Below, one piece after another: positions 8,540 through 19,800 of a stretch of DNA of 64,000 nucleotides. Both the position numbers and the translations under genes were made by a program. Source of the DNA: a virus (Duplodnaviria; Heunggongvirae; Uroviricota; Caudoviricetes); the IMG/VR virus record IMGVR_UViG_3300012943_000028, positions 112,642 to 176,641 of that record; one strand, 5' to 3'. How positions within the stretch are numbered: position 1 is the stretch's first letter; every line of letters starts with the position of its first letter. The notes beneath the pieces are model-generated. The model was not told where the DNA came from. It did not search any database and saw only the letters and a list, made by a program, of their open reading frames with translations.

Positions 8540-8950
8540 ATGGCAAACACCGTCAAAACTAAGACGCCGACGTCTAACAACAACACGAACAGCCTCTACA
8601 ACCGCTACTCTCGCTATGTGGCTGGTGGTGTGACTGAGCGTGGTAATGACATGCTTGAGTGGTGGGAGCGCAGCAATTTTCCGCGTGATGATTCTGACAT
8701 CGTCTACGCTGTAGAGAACTTCTATGAGCAGCGCCTCGACCTCATTGCCTCAGTGTTTTACCAGGAACCACGCTACTGGTGGTTCCTCGCTCAGTACAAC
8801 AACATCCTCGATCCATTCACCGAGATCGTGGCAGGTCGCCTCCTTCTTATCCCAACGCAGGAGCGCCTAACGCTGTTGCTTGGAACGAAGAAGGGCGGTG
8901 AGGACTCAACGCGCGAGGCAGTGACGGTCATTGCTCCAATCATCACATGA
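8540..8950 (+). CDS. baseplate wedge subunit (gp53/LysM-like)
   Basis: RLDLIASVFYQEPRYWWFLAQYNNILDP...LLIP. Confidence 0.8.
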   Translation: MANTVKTKTPTSNNNTNSLYNRYSRYVAGGVTERGNDMLEWWERSNFPRDDSDIVYAVENFYEQRLDLIASVFYQEPRYWWFLAQYNNILDPFTEIVAGRLLLIPTQERLTLLLGTKKGGEDSTREAVTVIAPIIT

Positions 8951-11163
8951 CGACAATTAACCAATCACAACTCCTAAACGAATACAAGAACCCCCTAGAC
9001 GCATATCGTTCCTACTCTTACCAGTTCCTTCTTACTCTCTCATCGACAACTCAGTCGCTTAGAGAGATGATCGGCAACTACAAGGGTGGGCGTGGGGGTC
9101 CGGTTACCAGTGCCTCTCCCTTGCTGGCAGCCTCAAAGACGGTGAAGCGTCCTGGCGATGCGTTCACCGTCAATGGCCAGACCGCCTACCTTCTCGTAGA
9201 CACGCGCCGCTTCTCACAGTACTCCATCACGAAGCTGGACATGGAGCACGTGTATGGGTCAGGCTCTTCGAACAACCCTACGGTTCCAGTCAGCGCAACT
9301 CACATGCAGCTGATCGACACGACTGGCATGTCGTTCTTCAACCTGTTGATGGAGACGTTCCGCAACAAGCTGCAGACCACGCGCTCATCGGCGTTCTTCC
9401 TTCTGACCATCATCTTCACTGGCCACAAGGACGATGGCACAACTGAGACCATCTCTACGTGCTTCATTCCAATGATGCTGCTGACCATGGGGTTCAAGCT
9501 TGACCATCGTGGTACCACGTTTGAGATTGACTTCATGGAAACTGAGAGCGCTCCTCAGCGTGGTGGCGCAATGGAGATCATGAACAGCCTGGGCAAGGTG
9601 ACATCGATCTCTTCAAAGGGAAGTTCATCGACAGTTGGTGGATTGGTGTCGGCGCTTGAAAGGCGCCTCAACGTTCAGTCGATGACGTTCTTCAAGAAGT
9701 ACACAAACTCTGCGCTGCAGACCAACGCCAACGCAAAGGCTGGAAAGCTGGTGCAGTACATGATCACAGTGCCTAGCACGTGGGAAAAATTCCCAATTAC
9801 CACGGCCGCCCGTTCAAAGAACAAGGAACAGATTTTCCTTGCGGCTGAACAGGCTGGTGCCACAAGGGATGCAGCAGCCGCCGCCTTCGATTCTGTTAAG
9901 CTGAAGGACGAAGGCGAGTACACGCAGATGTCGTTCTCACAGACCGTCACCATCACAGATGCGATCAAGTCAATCCTTGAAAGCTCAACAGAATTCCTCG
10001 CTCTTGCCAGCGAGGATAAGGTAAAGGCTGGCACGGCACAAACGTTCAAGACGTCTGTCAATGTCACGTGCGATGACAACTCATACGTCGTACACTTCGA
10101 CGTCTTCCCTTACTATCTACCAAAGGTCAACACCGATAAGGGAAACGAAACTGCAAACACCTCGGCGGTTTCTGCTGGTGGTAAGACCGTCATTGGTCCA
10201 TCTACCGAGATCAGAAACCTGATGACGTACAACTACATCTTCACAGGCAAGAATAGCCACATCAAGGACTTGACGATCGAGTACCTACCAGAAAGCGCTG
10301 TTGCCCTTGACACAAACCTAGACCTCGGTCAGTCACGCTTCAAGACGGTAAGCGGGCAGGGGCAGAAGGCTGTCAGCGTTGACAAGGCATCTGAGAGCGC
10401 AGTGAAGAAGACGACAAGCTTCGTTCCAGACCTACGTGGTAGCGATCCAATCTTCTTTGCTATCCAGTCGCAAGACCAGCAGAACAACGTAGCAGCACAG
10501 AAGAACGAGCGCATGACCAGTGATGAAGCGCGTGATGCGTTCAAGAAGAAGCAGGAATACACTAACACGATGGCGTACGTCCACTTCATCAGCTCTATCG
10601 AGCTCGACATGACAATTCGTGGCAACCCGAACATCATCAAGAAATTTGCCGACCGCAACGAGCGTGGTGGTGTGGGGCCGCATAGCTCGATCATTGACGC
10701 AACTGGTATTTCCAGAATCAACGCAGCAACTGGCGAGCCAGATGACATCTACAACAGCGTTCTAGCTCAAAAGATTTCTACAGCAAAGAGCCTCTACTAC
10801 TCGGAATACGTGCAGCCTCGTATTGCAGGCGTCACGAAGGCCGGGCCACCTGGTTCAGATCAGTTCATGACCGGCCCTGACGTTTCAGTTTCGCCGGTGT
10901 TCTGCAAGATCAACATCCTCGCTCCTAACGTCGACAGCATGGGCGACTACCTGCGTGATCTATCAGATCCAAACCGCCCAGATAAGCCTCCGTACTTTAC
11001 CGACGAGTTCTTCTTCAATGGCCCTTACATGGTGCTGTTCGTCAAGACCACGTTTGAGGATGGAGATTTTCAGCACACGCTCTCCATGATTCCATACATC
11101 GCCTCAGAGACGGTGACGAAGAAGGATGAGCCAACCAAATCAACAGCGACGAAGACAAAATGA
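8947..11163 (+). CDS. putative baseplate hub protein
   Basis: 738 aa between gp53-like and gp5-like genes; NPLDAYRSYSY start and MTIRGNP motif. Confidence 0.55.
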   Translation: MTTINQSQLLNEYKNPLDAYRSYSYQFLLTLSSTTQSLREMIGNYKGGRGGPVTSASPLLAASKTVKRPGDAFTVNGQTAYLLVDTRRFSQYSITKLDMEHVYGSGSSNNPTVPVSATHMQLIDTTGMSFFNLLMETFRNKLQTTRSSAFFLLTIIFTGHKDDGTTETISTCFIPMMLLTMGFKLDHRGTTFEIDFMETESAPQRGGAMEIMNSLGKVTSISSKGSSSTVGGLVSALERRLNVQSMTFFKKYTNSALQTNANAKAGKLVQYMITVPSTWEKFPITTAARSKNKEQIFLAAEQAGATRDAAAAAFDSVKLKDEGEYTQMSFSQTVTITDAIKSILESSTEFLALASEDKVKAGTAQTFKTSVNVTCDDNSYVVHFDVFPYYLPKVNTDKGNETANTSAVSAGGKTVIGPSTEIRNLMTYNYIFTGKNSHIKDLTIEYLPESAVALDTNLDLGQSRFKTVSGQGQKAVSVDKASESAVKKTTSFVPDLRGSDPIFFAIQSQDQQNNVAAQKNERMTSDEARDAFKKKQEYTNTMAYVHFISSIELDMTIRGNPNIIKKFADRNERGGVGPHSSIIDATGISRINAATGEPDDIYNSVLAQKISTAKSLYYSEYVQPRIAGVTKAGPPGSDQFMTGPDVSVSPVFCKINILAPNVDSMGDYLRDLSDPNRPDKPPYFTDEFFFNGPYMVLFVKTTFEDGDFQHTLSMIPYIASETVTKKDEPTKSTATKTK

Positions 11164-12503
11164 GCCGCATCTACCGTAAGGATCAAACTCCAGCCGACTT
11201 CTTCCCTGACAACGTTCCATTCATCATGGAAGGTTCAGTGGTGTCTACTGCTGATCCTGACCAGATGGGCCGTGTGCGTGCATGGGTTCCTGCCCTTGAC
11301 GGTGAGAACTTCGACATCGACCAGATTCCATGGGCTGACTACGCATCGCCATTCATGGGCTTCACTGTTGACTACCCCGCTGGCGCAGGAACCGTAAAGA
11401 ACAGCTCACATGCTGCATACGGTTTCTGGGCAATCCCAAAGGTTGGAGCAACCGTGCTCGTGTTCTGCATGAACGGCAACCCAGCATCTCGCTGCTACTT
11501 CGCTTCCACGGTACGCCTCCACCGCAACCGCTCACTGCCCGCTGGCCGCAACGCTGACGGTAGCAACAAGGCTGGTCCATGGGGCGATGCTGGCGATGGC
11601 AAGGGAAACTTGAACCCAATCCAGCCAGCGTATGACAACCTACGCCAGCAGTTCCAAAACCAGCTCACAAAGTCTGAGGCCATCACTCGCGGCGCCTATG
11701 AACGCCAGGTGGCGCAGGCTAAGGATGACAAGGATGGCCTCGAAGGATACGCAGCAAACCCTGCTGATCCTTCATACCTTGATCCACAGACGTACTGCCT
11801 TGTAACACCGGGTCGTCATGCGCTCATCCTTCAAGATGATCCACACCATGCCCGCCTCCGCCTTAAAACTGCTGAGGGTGCGCAGATCATTCTCGACGAC
11901 GCCAACGAGCGCATCTACATCTCCACCCCAGCTGGCAACACCTGGTTTGAGATGGACAAGGATGGTCACGTCAACATCTATGGAGCGCAGTCGTACAGCG
12001 TCCGTGCTGGAAAGGACATCAACTTTTTCGCTGACGGCAACATCAACCTTGAGGCTGGTAAGGGCATCAACATGAAGGCTGACACAGCCGACATTCGCAT
12101 GACCACACAGACTAAATTCCAAGTGAAGGCCAACGACAGCATCGTCATGTCAGCGTGTGGTATCTTTGACATCGACTCTGAGAAGGCGCTAAAGATCACC
12201 GCTGCCCAGTCAATTGATGTCAATGCTGGACAGGGCCTCAACGCCACGGCATCGAGCAGCATGAACCTCAAGGCTGGCGATTCTCTCAATGCGCAGGGCG
12301 GTAAGATGAACTTGAACGGCGGTAGCGCTCTCACTGCATCTGCTGGCAAGATCAACCTCAACAGCGGTTCGGCTGGTAATGCTCAGGTTGCAGCTAAGGC
12401 ATCGTGCGCTGAGGTGGCCGAAGGCCCAGCAATCGTCCCTGGTCATGAGCCTTGGACTCGTCCAGAGTCTGAGGAAGAGCGTGGTCCGTTCTGGAAAGCC
12501 TAA
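11160..12503 (+). CDS. baseplate central spike (gp5/VgrG-like) without lysozyme domain
   Basis: DPDQMGRVRAWVP and PKVGATVLVF OB-fold, C-terminal 8-residue beta-helix repeats, PGHEPW end. Confidence 0.85.
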   Translation: MSRIYRKDQTPADFFPDNVPFIMEGSVVSTADPDQMGRVRAWVPALDGENFDIDQIPWADYASPFMGFTVDYPAGAGTVKNSSHAAYGFWAIPKVGATVLVFCMNGNPASRCYFASTVRLHRNRSLPAGRNADGSNKAGPWGDAGDGKGNLNPIQPAYDNLRQQFQNQLTKSEAITRGAYERQVAQAKDDKDGLEGYAANPADPSYLDPQTYCLVTPGRHALILQDDPHHARLRLKTAEGAQIILDDANERIYISTPAGNTWFEMDKDGHVNIYGAQSYSVRAGKDINFFADGNINLEAGKGINMKADTADIRMTTQTKFQVKANDSIVMSACGIFDIDSEKALKITAAQSIDVNAGQGLNATASSSMNLKAGDSLNAQGGKMNLNGGSALTASAGKINLNSGSAGNAQVAAKASCAEVAEGPAIVPGHEPWTRPESEEERGPFWKA

Positions 12504-12523
12504 CCTGGAAGGCCTATCAGTTC

Positions 12524-12531
12524 GATAAATA
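12524..12531 (+). promoter_or_regulatory. late promoter within a 6-bp inverted repeat
   Basis: TTCGAT-AAAT-ATCGAA containing GATAAATA. Confidence 0.6.
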
Positions 12532-12555
12532 TCGAATCAACGGCGTGGTGAAGGC

Positions 12556-12927
12556 ATGAGCAAGGTCATCTACAAGGGGTTCTCAACGGCCAACTGGCTG
12601 AAGAACAAGACGTTTGCCCTCAACAATATAGACCTGGTGAAGCAGGATTTGCTGACCCACATCTATACGATCAAGGGCGAGCGTGTTATGATGCCAAACT
12701 TTGGCACCAGAATCCCTGTGCTCACGTTTGAACCGAATGACGAGAAGACAAGGAAGATCATTGAGGATGACCTAACTGAGGTGTTCAAGTACGACCCTCG
12801 AGTAAGGCTTCTGTCGCTTAGCGTGCTGACACTTCCCGACAACAATGCCATTCTTGCGCTTGCCGATCTGCTGTACGTTGAGTTCAACGTAACAGACGTT
12901 CTTAGAATAGAGGTTACATCGCAGTGA
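12556..12927 (+). CDS. baseplate wedge subunit gp25-like
   Basis: KGERVMMPNFGT...FEP...YDPRV. Confidence 0.9.
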   Translation: MSKVIYKGFSTANWLKNKTFALNNIDLVKQDLLTHIYTIKGERVMMPNFGTRIPVLTFEPNDEKTRKIIEDDLTEVFKYDPRVRLLSLSVLTLPDNNAILALADLLYVEFNVTDVLRIEVTSQ

Positions 12928-15900
12928 CGATCATCAACACGTACGCCGCAGAATCATGGGACAAGGTGTATTCTGCCTTCCAGCAGATCAACTTCACCTC
13001 CTATGACTACGACACCGTCAAGGAATCCCTGCTTCAGTACCTTCAGATTTACCACCCTGAAGACTTCAATGACTTCATTGAGTCGTCAGAGCTCGTTGCT
13101 CTGCTCGAGTTGTTCGCCTACGCCGCTGAGCTCATGGCCTACCGCACCGACATGGCGGCCCATGAAAACTTCATCACGACAGCACAGCGCAAGCAGTCAG
13201 TCCTCCGCCTCGCAAAGCTGATCTCTTACTCCGCCTCACGCAACATTCCAGCACGCGGCCTCGTCAAGATCAACACAGTTCGTACCAATGAGACCGTGTT
13301 TGACTCTCTCGGCAACAACCTTGCCAACGTCACCATCACCTGGAACGACCCGAACAACACCAACTGGAAAGAACAGTTCTTCCTAGTTATGAACCTCGTG
13401 CTGACCTCACGTTTTGGTCAGCCATCGAAGTCATTCCAGATTGCTGACGTGCTGATGCAGCTCTATACGTTCAACAACTCTCAGGACGCCTTCCGCAACG
13501 GCGTGTACTCGTTCAACGCAACTGGCACAACTGACACCCTCCCAATGGAGGTCGTTCCAATCGACATCGATTCGAACGGTCCGTTCGAACGTGCACCAGA
13601 CATCAACGCACAGCTCAACATCGTCTATGCTTCTGACGGTCGTGGCGATGGTTCTGACTACACCGGCTTCCTCATGTTCATCAAGCAGGGCAACCTCGTT
13701 CTGACGAACTACACGATCACTGAGCCAACTGCAAATCGCCGCCTCGTGCTGAACCAGACGAACGTCAACGACACTGACGTTTGGGTCTATGGCGTTGACG
13801 ACCTTGGCACCATCACTGAGAAGTGGGTTGCCGTCGACTCAATTGCCGATCAAACGCTAGCGTTCAACAACCAGCAGGGTCGCAAGAAGTACGAGGTCGA
13901 GACCCTCGAGAACGACCAAATCGCGCTCCTCTTCGGTGACGGCAACTTCAGCGACGTTCCAGTTGGAAACTTCCAGCTGTGGACGCGTACGTCAACGAAC
14001 CAGGACATCACGATCCCAAAGAACCGCATCGCCGGCGAGGCAATGTCGTTCAGCTACCAGAACGCTCAGAACGTTCAGCAGAATTTCAACCTTTCGTTCT
14101 CGCTCACGACAGCCCTGCAGAACAACTCTGCCTCTGAGACGATCGAGCACGTTCGTCAGTCCGCTCCTTCTACCTACTATGCGCAGAACCGCATGGTCAA
14201 CGGCCAGGACTACAACACGTTCATGCTCAAGGACTCAACGATCCTCAAGCTGAACACGATCAACCGTACGTTCGCTGGTCAGCCAAAGTACATCGAGTGG
14301 AACGACGCATCAGGCGCCTACCAGAACATCAAGCTCTTCGGCGACGACCTCAACATGAAGCTCGTCACCACCGTCAACCTTGTGCAGACGACTGCTGGTT
14401 CCAAGGGCATCATCGACAGCTTCATTGAGCCAGTGCTCTCATCGAACGCCATCCTCAACGTGCTCACGCACATCATGGCAACGTCTGAATCTTCGGCCGG
14501 TATCATCAGCTACCCACGCCGCAAGTTCATTGAGGACAACCGCAAGATTTACTACGACGTCGATGGCAACTTCGTCACGCCATACGGCATCGACACGTCA
14601 CCAGCTCCAGTGCAGGTGGGTGACGGTAGCCTCCTTGAGAAGACCGCCATGCAGGGTGCTCTCGACTCTCACTGGTATGGTGAGCCGCTCTCAACTGTCA
14701 CGATCAACAGCACGCTGCACGGTGTGATCCCTGACCCGATCCTGAACCCAAAGAGCAACAGCAAGCTCTACATCGCAGACCTTCCACGCACGATTGACGG
14801 TGTCAACACCTACCCACCAGGTGATACCGGCTCTGGCCTTCAGCCAATCCCACGTCAGACGTACTTTGGCCTGCAGTTCAACCGCTTCCTCTCGGCATTC
14901 GGTAATGGCACCATCACGCTCGCAAACCCAACGATCTCAGGCCCAGCAACTGGTTCTCCAGCCGTCGCCAATGGTCTTGACTCAACCAAGTTTGTGATCT
15001 ACAACGACGTTCTCGCGCGCAACCAGACGATCTCAAAGATTGAGACGCTCACTATTGAGATGACGTCAGACGGTACCACGTTCACCGTCACTAGCAACCT
15101 TCGTGGTCGCCTACCAGATTACAGCCTCACGCTCGCTGTGACCACAGCTAACGGCCGTTGGTCAGAGCAGACCGACGTTGAGCTTCCAACAGACTTCGCC
15201 ATCGCAACTGGCTCGACTCCATTTGAGGCCGGCGATGCCTTCGTCGTTGACATTGAGTTCTTTGATGATGCATTCCCGCTGAACGACCCACCAATCCCAA
15301 CATCAGACTGGTACGCAATTACCCGTACGTTTGGTGTAGGTAACGTTCCACGCGTTAACCTTACGGGCTGGTGGCAGATCATTCCTTCAGATGTCGTGTA
15401 CGCGCATGGCATCTTCAACGGTGGTGTGAACGATGGTCCTAACGCCGTTCAACAGCTACAGTTCGATCAAGCCGACAACGGTGGAGCATGGGTGTTCCTC
15501 ATCTCACGCGTTGACGACGGTTTCGGAAACGTTGCAAGCTGGAATATCTACAACCGTGATATGCGCGTGATTGCATCCAGCCCTACCACAAAGTTCTGGT
15601 ACAACACCGACGCGCAGCTTATCGATCCAGAAACGCTGAAGCCGCTGTACGACAAGATTCGCATCCTCCGTTCGAACCTCGACGAGAATGGCCAGCCACT
15701 CAAGAAGGCAGACATCTACGACTGCGTCGGCTTCGTGTACGATGAGAACGGTGAGGTCATCACTAACGAGCTTGAGATCATCCCGACTGACACTGTGAAC
15801 TTCACGCAGGCCGGTGATGGCACTCCAGACAACATTCTTCAGTTCGAGTCATTTGCGCGCAACGCCTTCCAGTACACGCTCATCAACGTAACCGACCCTG

Positions 15901-16772
15901 ACAATCCTACGGTTGATACCGTGGTTGAGTGCGGCGACATCCAGGCAGACAACGGCTACGACCTCTTCCCATACGATACGTCGGCATACGACTCATCGGC
16001 AGTTGAGATCACTGGCTTCTCTGGTGCATTCAACTTCGAGGCAGGCAACTTTGTCTCGAGCAACGTTGTTGACAACCGCCAGCTCGTGCGCCAGCTCTAC
16101 GTTCCAGCTCCATCAACAACACTCCCAGATGGTGACTATGGCTGCAACATCACTGAAGGCCTTGACTTCATGTGGCAGCACTACACGCCAGACTCGAACC
16201 TCATCGATCCATCAGTGACGAACATCCATGACACGTTCATCCTCACTAGCGGTTACTACAACAGCGTGATGGACTACGTGAGGGGATTGACAAGCGTTTC
16301 ACCAACGCCTCCAACCCCTCTCGACCTTCGCACGTCGTACGGCTACCTGCTTGAGAACAAGATGCTGTCAGACACCGTCGTTCTGCACCCAGGCAAGATC
16401 AAGCTGCTCTTCGGCTCGCTAGCCGATCAGACGCTGCGCGCCAAGTTCAGGGTCGTGCTTGCACCAACTGCAACGTTCTCAGCAGAGCGTGTTAAGCAGG
16501 AGGTCATCAATGTCATCAACCAGTACTTTGAGATTTCGAACTGGGATTTCGGCGATACCTTCTACGCAACTGAGCTGATCGCCCTGATTCACCAGGCCCT
16601 GCCAACGCAGATCGCCTCGGTAGTTATCGTTCCGACATACTCGGTCAACTCGTTCGGTTCGCTGTTCACGATCAACTCAGGTCTCGATGAGGTCCTGCAG
16701 TCGGCCGCCACGATCAGCGATGTCGAGATTGTCGCAGCCCTGACGTCAACAGTCCTCCGTCAGAACGTCTAA
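12924..16772 (+). CDS. baseplate wedge subunit gp6-like
   Basis: DFNDFIESS, ENFITTAQRKQSVLRLAKLISY, FGDGNF and ETIEHVRQSAP..Y.AQNRMV motifs. Confidence 0.85.
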   Translation: MTIINTYAAESWDKVYSAFQQINFTSYDYDTVKESLLQYLQIYHPEDFNDFIESSELVALLELFAYAAELMAYRTDMAAHENFITTAQRKQSVLRLAKLISYSASRNIPARGLVKINTVRTNETVFDSLGNNLANVTITWNDPNNTNWKEQFFLVMNLVLTSRFGQPSKSFQIADVLMQLYTFNNSQDAFRNGVYSFNATGTTDTLPMEVVPIDIDSNGPFERAPDINAQLNIVYASDGRGDGSDYTGFLMFIKQGNLVLTNYTITEPTANRRLVLNQTNVNDTDVWVYGVDDLGTITEKWVAVDSIADQTLAFNNQQGRKKYEVETLENDQIALLFGDGNFSDVPVGNFQLWTRTSTNQDITIPKNRIAGEAMSFSYQNAQNVQQNFNLSFSLTTALQNNSASETIEHVRQSAPSTYYAQNRMVNGQDYNTFMLKDSTILKLNTINRTFAGQPKYIEWNDASGAYQNIKLFGDDLNMKLVTTVNLVQTTAGSKGIIDSFIEPVLSSNAILNVLTHIMATSESSAGIISYPRRKFIEDNRKIYYDVDGNFVTPYGIDTSPAPVQVGDGSLLEKTAMQGALDSHWYGEPLSTVTINSTLHGVIPDPILNPKSNSKLYIADLPRTIDGVNTYPPGDTGSGLQPIPRQTYFGLQFNRFLSAFGNGTITLANPTISGPATGSPAVANGLDSTKFVIYNDVLARNQTISKIETLTIEMTSDGTTFTVTSNLRGRLPDYSLTLAVTTANGRWSEQTDVELPTDFAIATGSTPFEAGDAFVVDIEFFDDAFPLNDPPIPTSDWYAITRTFGVGNVPRVNLTGWWQIIPSDVVYAHGIFNGGVNDGPNAVQQLQFDQADNGGAWVFLISRVDDGFGNVASWNIYNRDMRVIASSPTTKFWYNTDAQLIDPETLKPLYDKIRILRSNLDENGQPLKKADIYDCVGFVYDENGEVITNELEIIPTDTVNFTQAGDGTPDNILQFESFARNAFQYTLINVTDPDNPTVDTVVECGDIQADNGYDLFPYDTSAYDSSAVEITGFSGAFNFEAGNFVSSNVVDNRQLVRQLYVPAPSTTLPDGDYGCNITEGLDFMWQHYTPDSNLIDPSVTNIHDTFILTSGYYNSVMDYVRGLTSVSPTPPTPLDLRTSYGYLLENKMLSDTVVLHPGKIKLLFGSLADQTLRAKFRVVLAPTATFSAERVKQEVINVINQYFEISNWDFGDTFYATELIALIHQALPTQIASVVIVPTYSVNSFGSLFTINSGLDEVLQSAATISDVEIVAALTSTVLRQNV

Positions 16773-16801
16773 AAGTGTGATTTTCTACGAACCTGCTGTG
16801 G

Positions 16802-16809
16802 GATAAATA
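16802..16809 (+). promoter_or_regulatory. late promoter in the loop of a 9-bp inverted repeat
   Basis: TGCTGTGGG-ATAAATAC-CCCACAGCA (16794-16819). Confidence 0.65.
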
Positions 16810-16837
16810 CCCCACAGCAATCTAGTGCACGGCGATC

Positions 16838-19800
16838 ATGGCCCAAAACATCGACTTCAATAAGCTGATTCCAGGTACTCTCAAGAATGAGATGCTTGAC
16901 AGTCTCGTCAAGAACCTGTTCAATCGCTTCGTTTCACAGGAAGACAGCGTTCTCGTCTCAGGACGAATCGGTACGCCAGTTGCTGGTGACAACGACATCC
17001 AGCAGCCAAACCTTGAACGCCAGGAAAATGAGCTTGTCCCAGGCCTGACGTTCTCAGCCGGCAAAGAGAAGTTCGTGTTCACGTTTGAAGACTTCATCAA
17101 CAAGATGGAGGTCCTTGACGTCGACATCTCCAGCCTGCGTGAGTGGATGGCAGAGCAGACATTCAACTACTCGCCGCCAATCAACTACGACAAGTTCATC
17201 AACTACGCCAACTACTACTGGACCGGGCAGGCGATCGACGATGTTCCACCAAGCTGGAACCAGGACAACTCTCCAGAGTACTACGTCATTGGGCGCCCAC
17301 TTCCAAATGACCTTGAAAAGATGCCAGTGCGCCTCGCAACGACGCGCAACATCAACCTCGAGATCAACGATCGTCCAACTGAAACGCTGACGATCACCTT
17401 CACGTCGACGACGAACTTCACGATCTCGAGCGATATCGACGCTAACGTCTATACGAGCGTCAACACGATTCCAATCACGCCAGGCGCGCAGACGCTGGTC
17501 GTTGTCAAGACCCAGGATACCGGCGTTGCACCATCACTCGACGCACCGGGTAACCCAGACTACGATCTCTGCCAGCTCTACATCGTCAACGGCACAACGC
17601 CGTTCGCAGCTGGTGACACTATCACGGTACAGATCACGTACTTCACGAGCGACATCTTCATCTCAGTGGATTCACCAAGCCTGATCGGCAAGGGCACAGC
17701 AAACGGTGTCGCAACGCTTTCACCGTTCATGTACATCGACGGTGTTCAGGTGGAGATTGGAGATCGCATCCTAGTAAAGAACCAGGCAGATGCTGTTGAA
17801 AACGGTATCTACACGGTACTTCGTGGCACCCAGTGGATTCGCACGTTCGACGCAATGTACGACACCAACCTCGCCGTCGGCACCAAGGTGTACGTCACCA
17901 ATGGAACACAGGCTGGCTACACGTATGAGCTCACGACCAAGGTTCCATTCGGCCCTCAGGATGGCGTAACGCTGTCAAGCTTCCTTTCATTCACGCTGCT
18001 CTCAACGACGCTCCCAAGCCCAGTCAACGACTGGCAGCTGTACAACTACTGGGTCCACAAGGACGACATCTACCAGTACGCTGACCTTGGTGTAACGCTG
18101 AGCAACGTCTCGCAGGCAAACCGCCCGATCATCGAGTACAACAACCGCCTGCACATGAACTTCGCCATCGACGGTGAAGGAAACCCAACTGATGCAGTGT
18201 CAACGAACGTCACAACGTCGATCGCCTGCAACCAGCCAAAGACGCGCTTCAACCAGATTCCACAGTTCGACCTCTATCGCTACGATGGTACCCACGCTGG
18301 CACGACCAGCGGTATCTGGTACTACGTTGAAGATCCAAACTTTGAGACCGACTCGGTCCTCCGCCGTCGTGTGGCAACCACTATCAACAGCGACTACGTG
18401 TTTGGCTGCGCTGCAACCGACGATCTCGGTCGCCTGTACTACTACAAGGTTGACGGAGTTCTGCAGTCCATCTGGGCACCAGGCGTAACTGGCCCATCAA
18501 CCTCTACACCGCTGTTCTCAGGCGTAAGCGACGACAGTGCAGGCGCTGTTACGTTCGGCCCACTCAGCACGACCACCGACAACCAGCAGTGGACGATCAT
18601 CTTCACCAGCGCCACAACCGCTGATGTTCATGGTACCCGCTCAGGCGATGTTGGCACGCTTACCGTTGGAACCCCATTCGTCGTTGATGACTTCACCGTC
18701 ACCATCGCTGCAGGCATCACGCCATACTCAGCAGGTGATAGGTTTACGTTCAACACCTACAACAAGCTGGCGCCACGCTACATCAAGGAAAATCCTGATG
18801 GCAGCATCGTCAACTACCCAGGCGGCTACGCCGCCGACCAGGCTCTTGTCGAGCCAGTTGGTGCATGGCTTACGCCAGCCCGCATGTTCCAGAACATGTA
18901 CCGTCAGACGCGTGAAGAGATCAACTTTGGTGACTTCATCACTCACGGCCGTTCAGTGCTTAAGTGGCAGGATGGTTTCACTGGCTCTTCGTTCGGCAAC
19001 AACAACTCTCGCACGCTCGACTTCAACAAGGGCCTAGGCGGTCAGATTCACGAGTTCGGCAGCAACTTCCCGCTGCTTGCCTCTATGCTCATTGAGCAGG
19101 ACATCTCACCTCTCACGATCCTTACGTTCGCCGAGCAGCAGTACAACGTCGCTCTCTCGAGCATCGATCAGTTCATCATCAACGAGATTCCTGGTTACCT
19201 CGCATCTGTTGGACAGATCGAGACGTCAACGATTGACGCATCAGCTGCCGACATCGTTGCGCTTGAAGAATACTTTGAGCAACTTCGTTCTGCCGATGTA
19301 AACCTATCTGCCGTGTTCAGCGATACCACGGCGCTCGTAAGCAACTGGCCAGCAACCCTTCCTATGATCGGTCTGCTGCCAAAAGTTCTTCCAACGATCC
19401 AGCTCGATGATGAGATGAACGTCTATGTCATCGTGCACCATGACGGCCACGTATCAACGCTCGCCACCTTCGATCAGCAGCTCAACACCAAGCTGACGAA
19501 GACGCCGGTGCTGCGCTCAGACGGTTCAACGACGGCTGGCTTCTTCATGGCCACCACGCCATCATTCCCAACGAACACGCCATATGCTCGTCAGCTGTGG
19601 TTCAAGACCACTGATGGTTCGCTTGCCGTGTTCGACGTCACCTTCGACACTGAGGATACACCAACTAGTGCTCTCAATGGTCAGTACTGGTACAAGCGTT
19701 CAACAAACGTTCTCTACCAGTGGGACGATTCACTCAACGTTTGGGTGATCTCAGTAGACCCGCCAGCCTCACGCTGGATTGCCTTCAGCCCAGAGAACGT

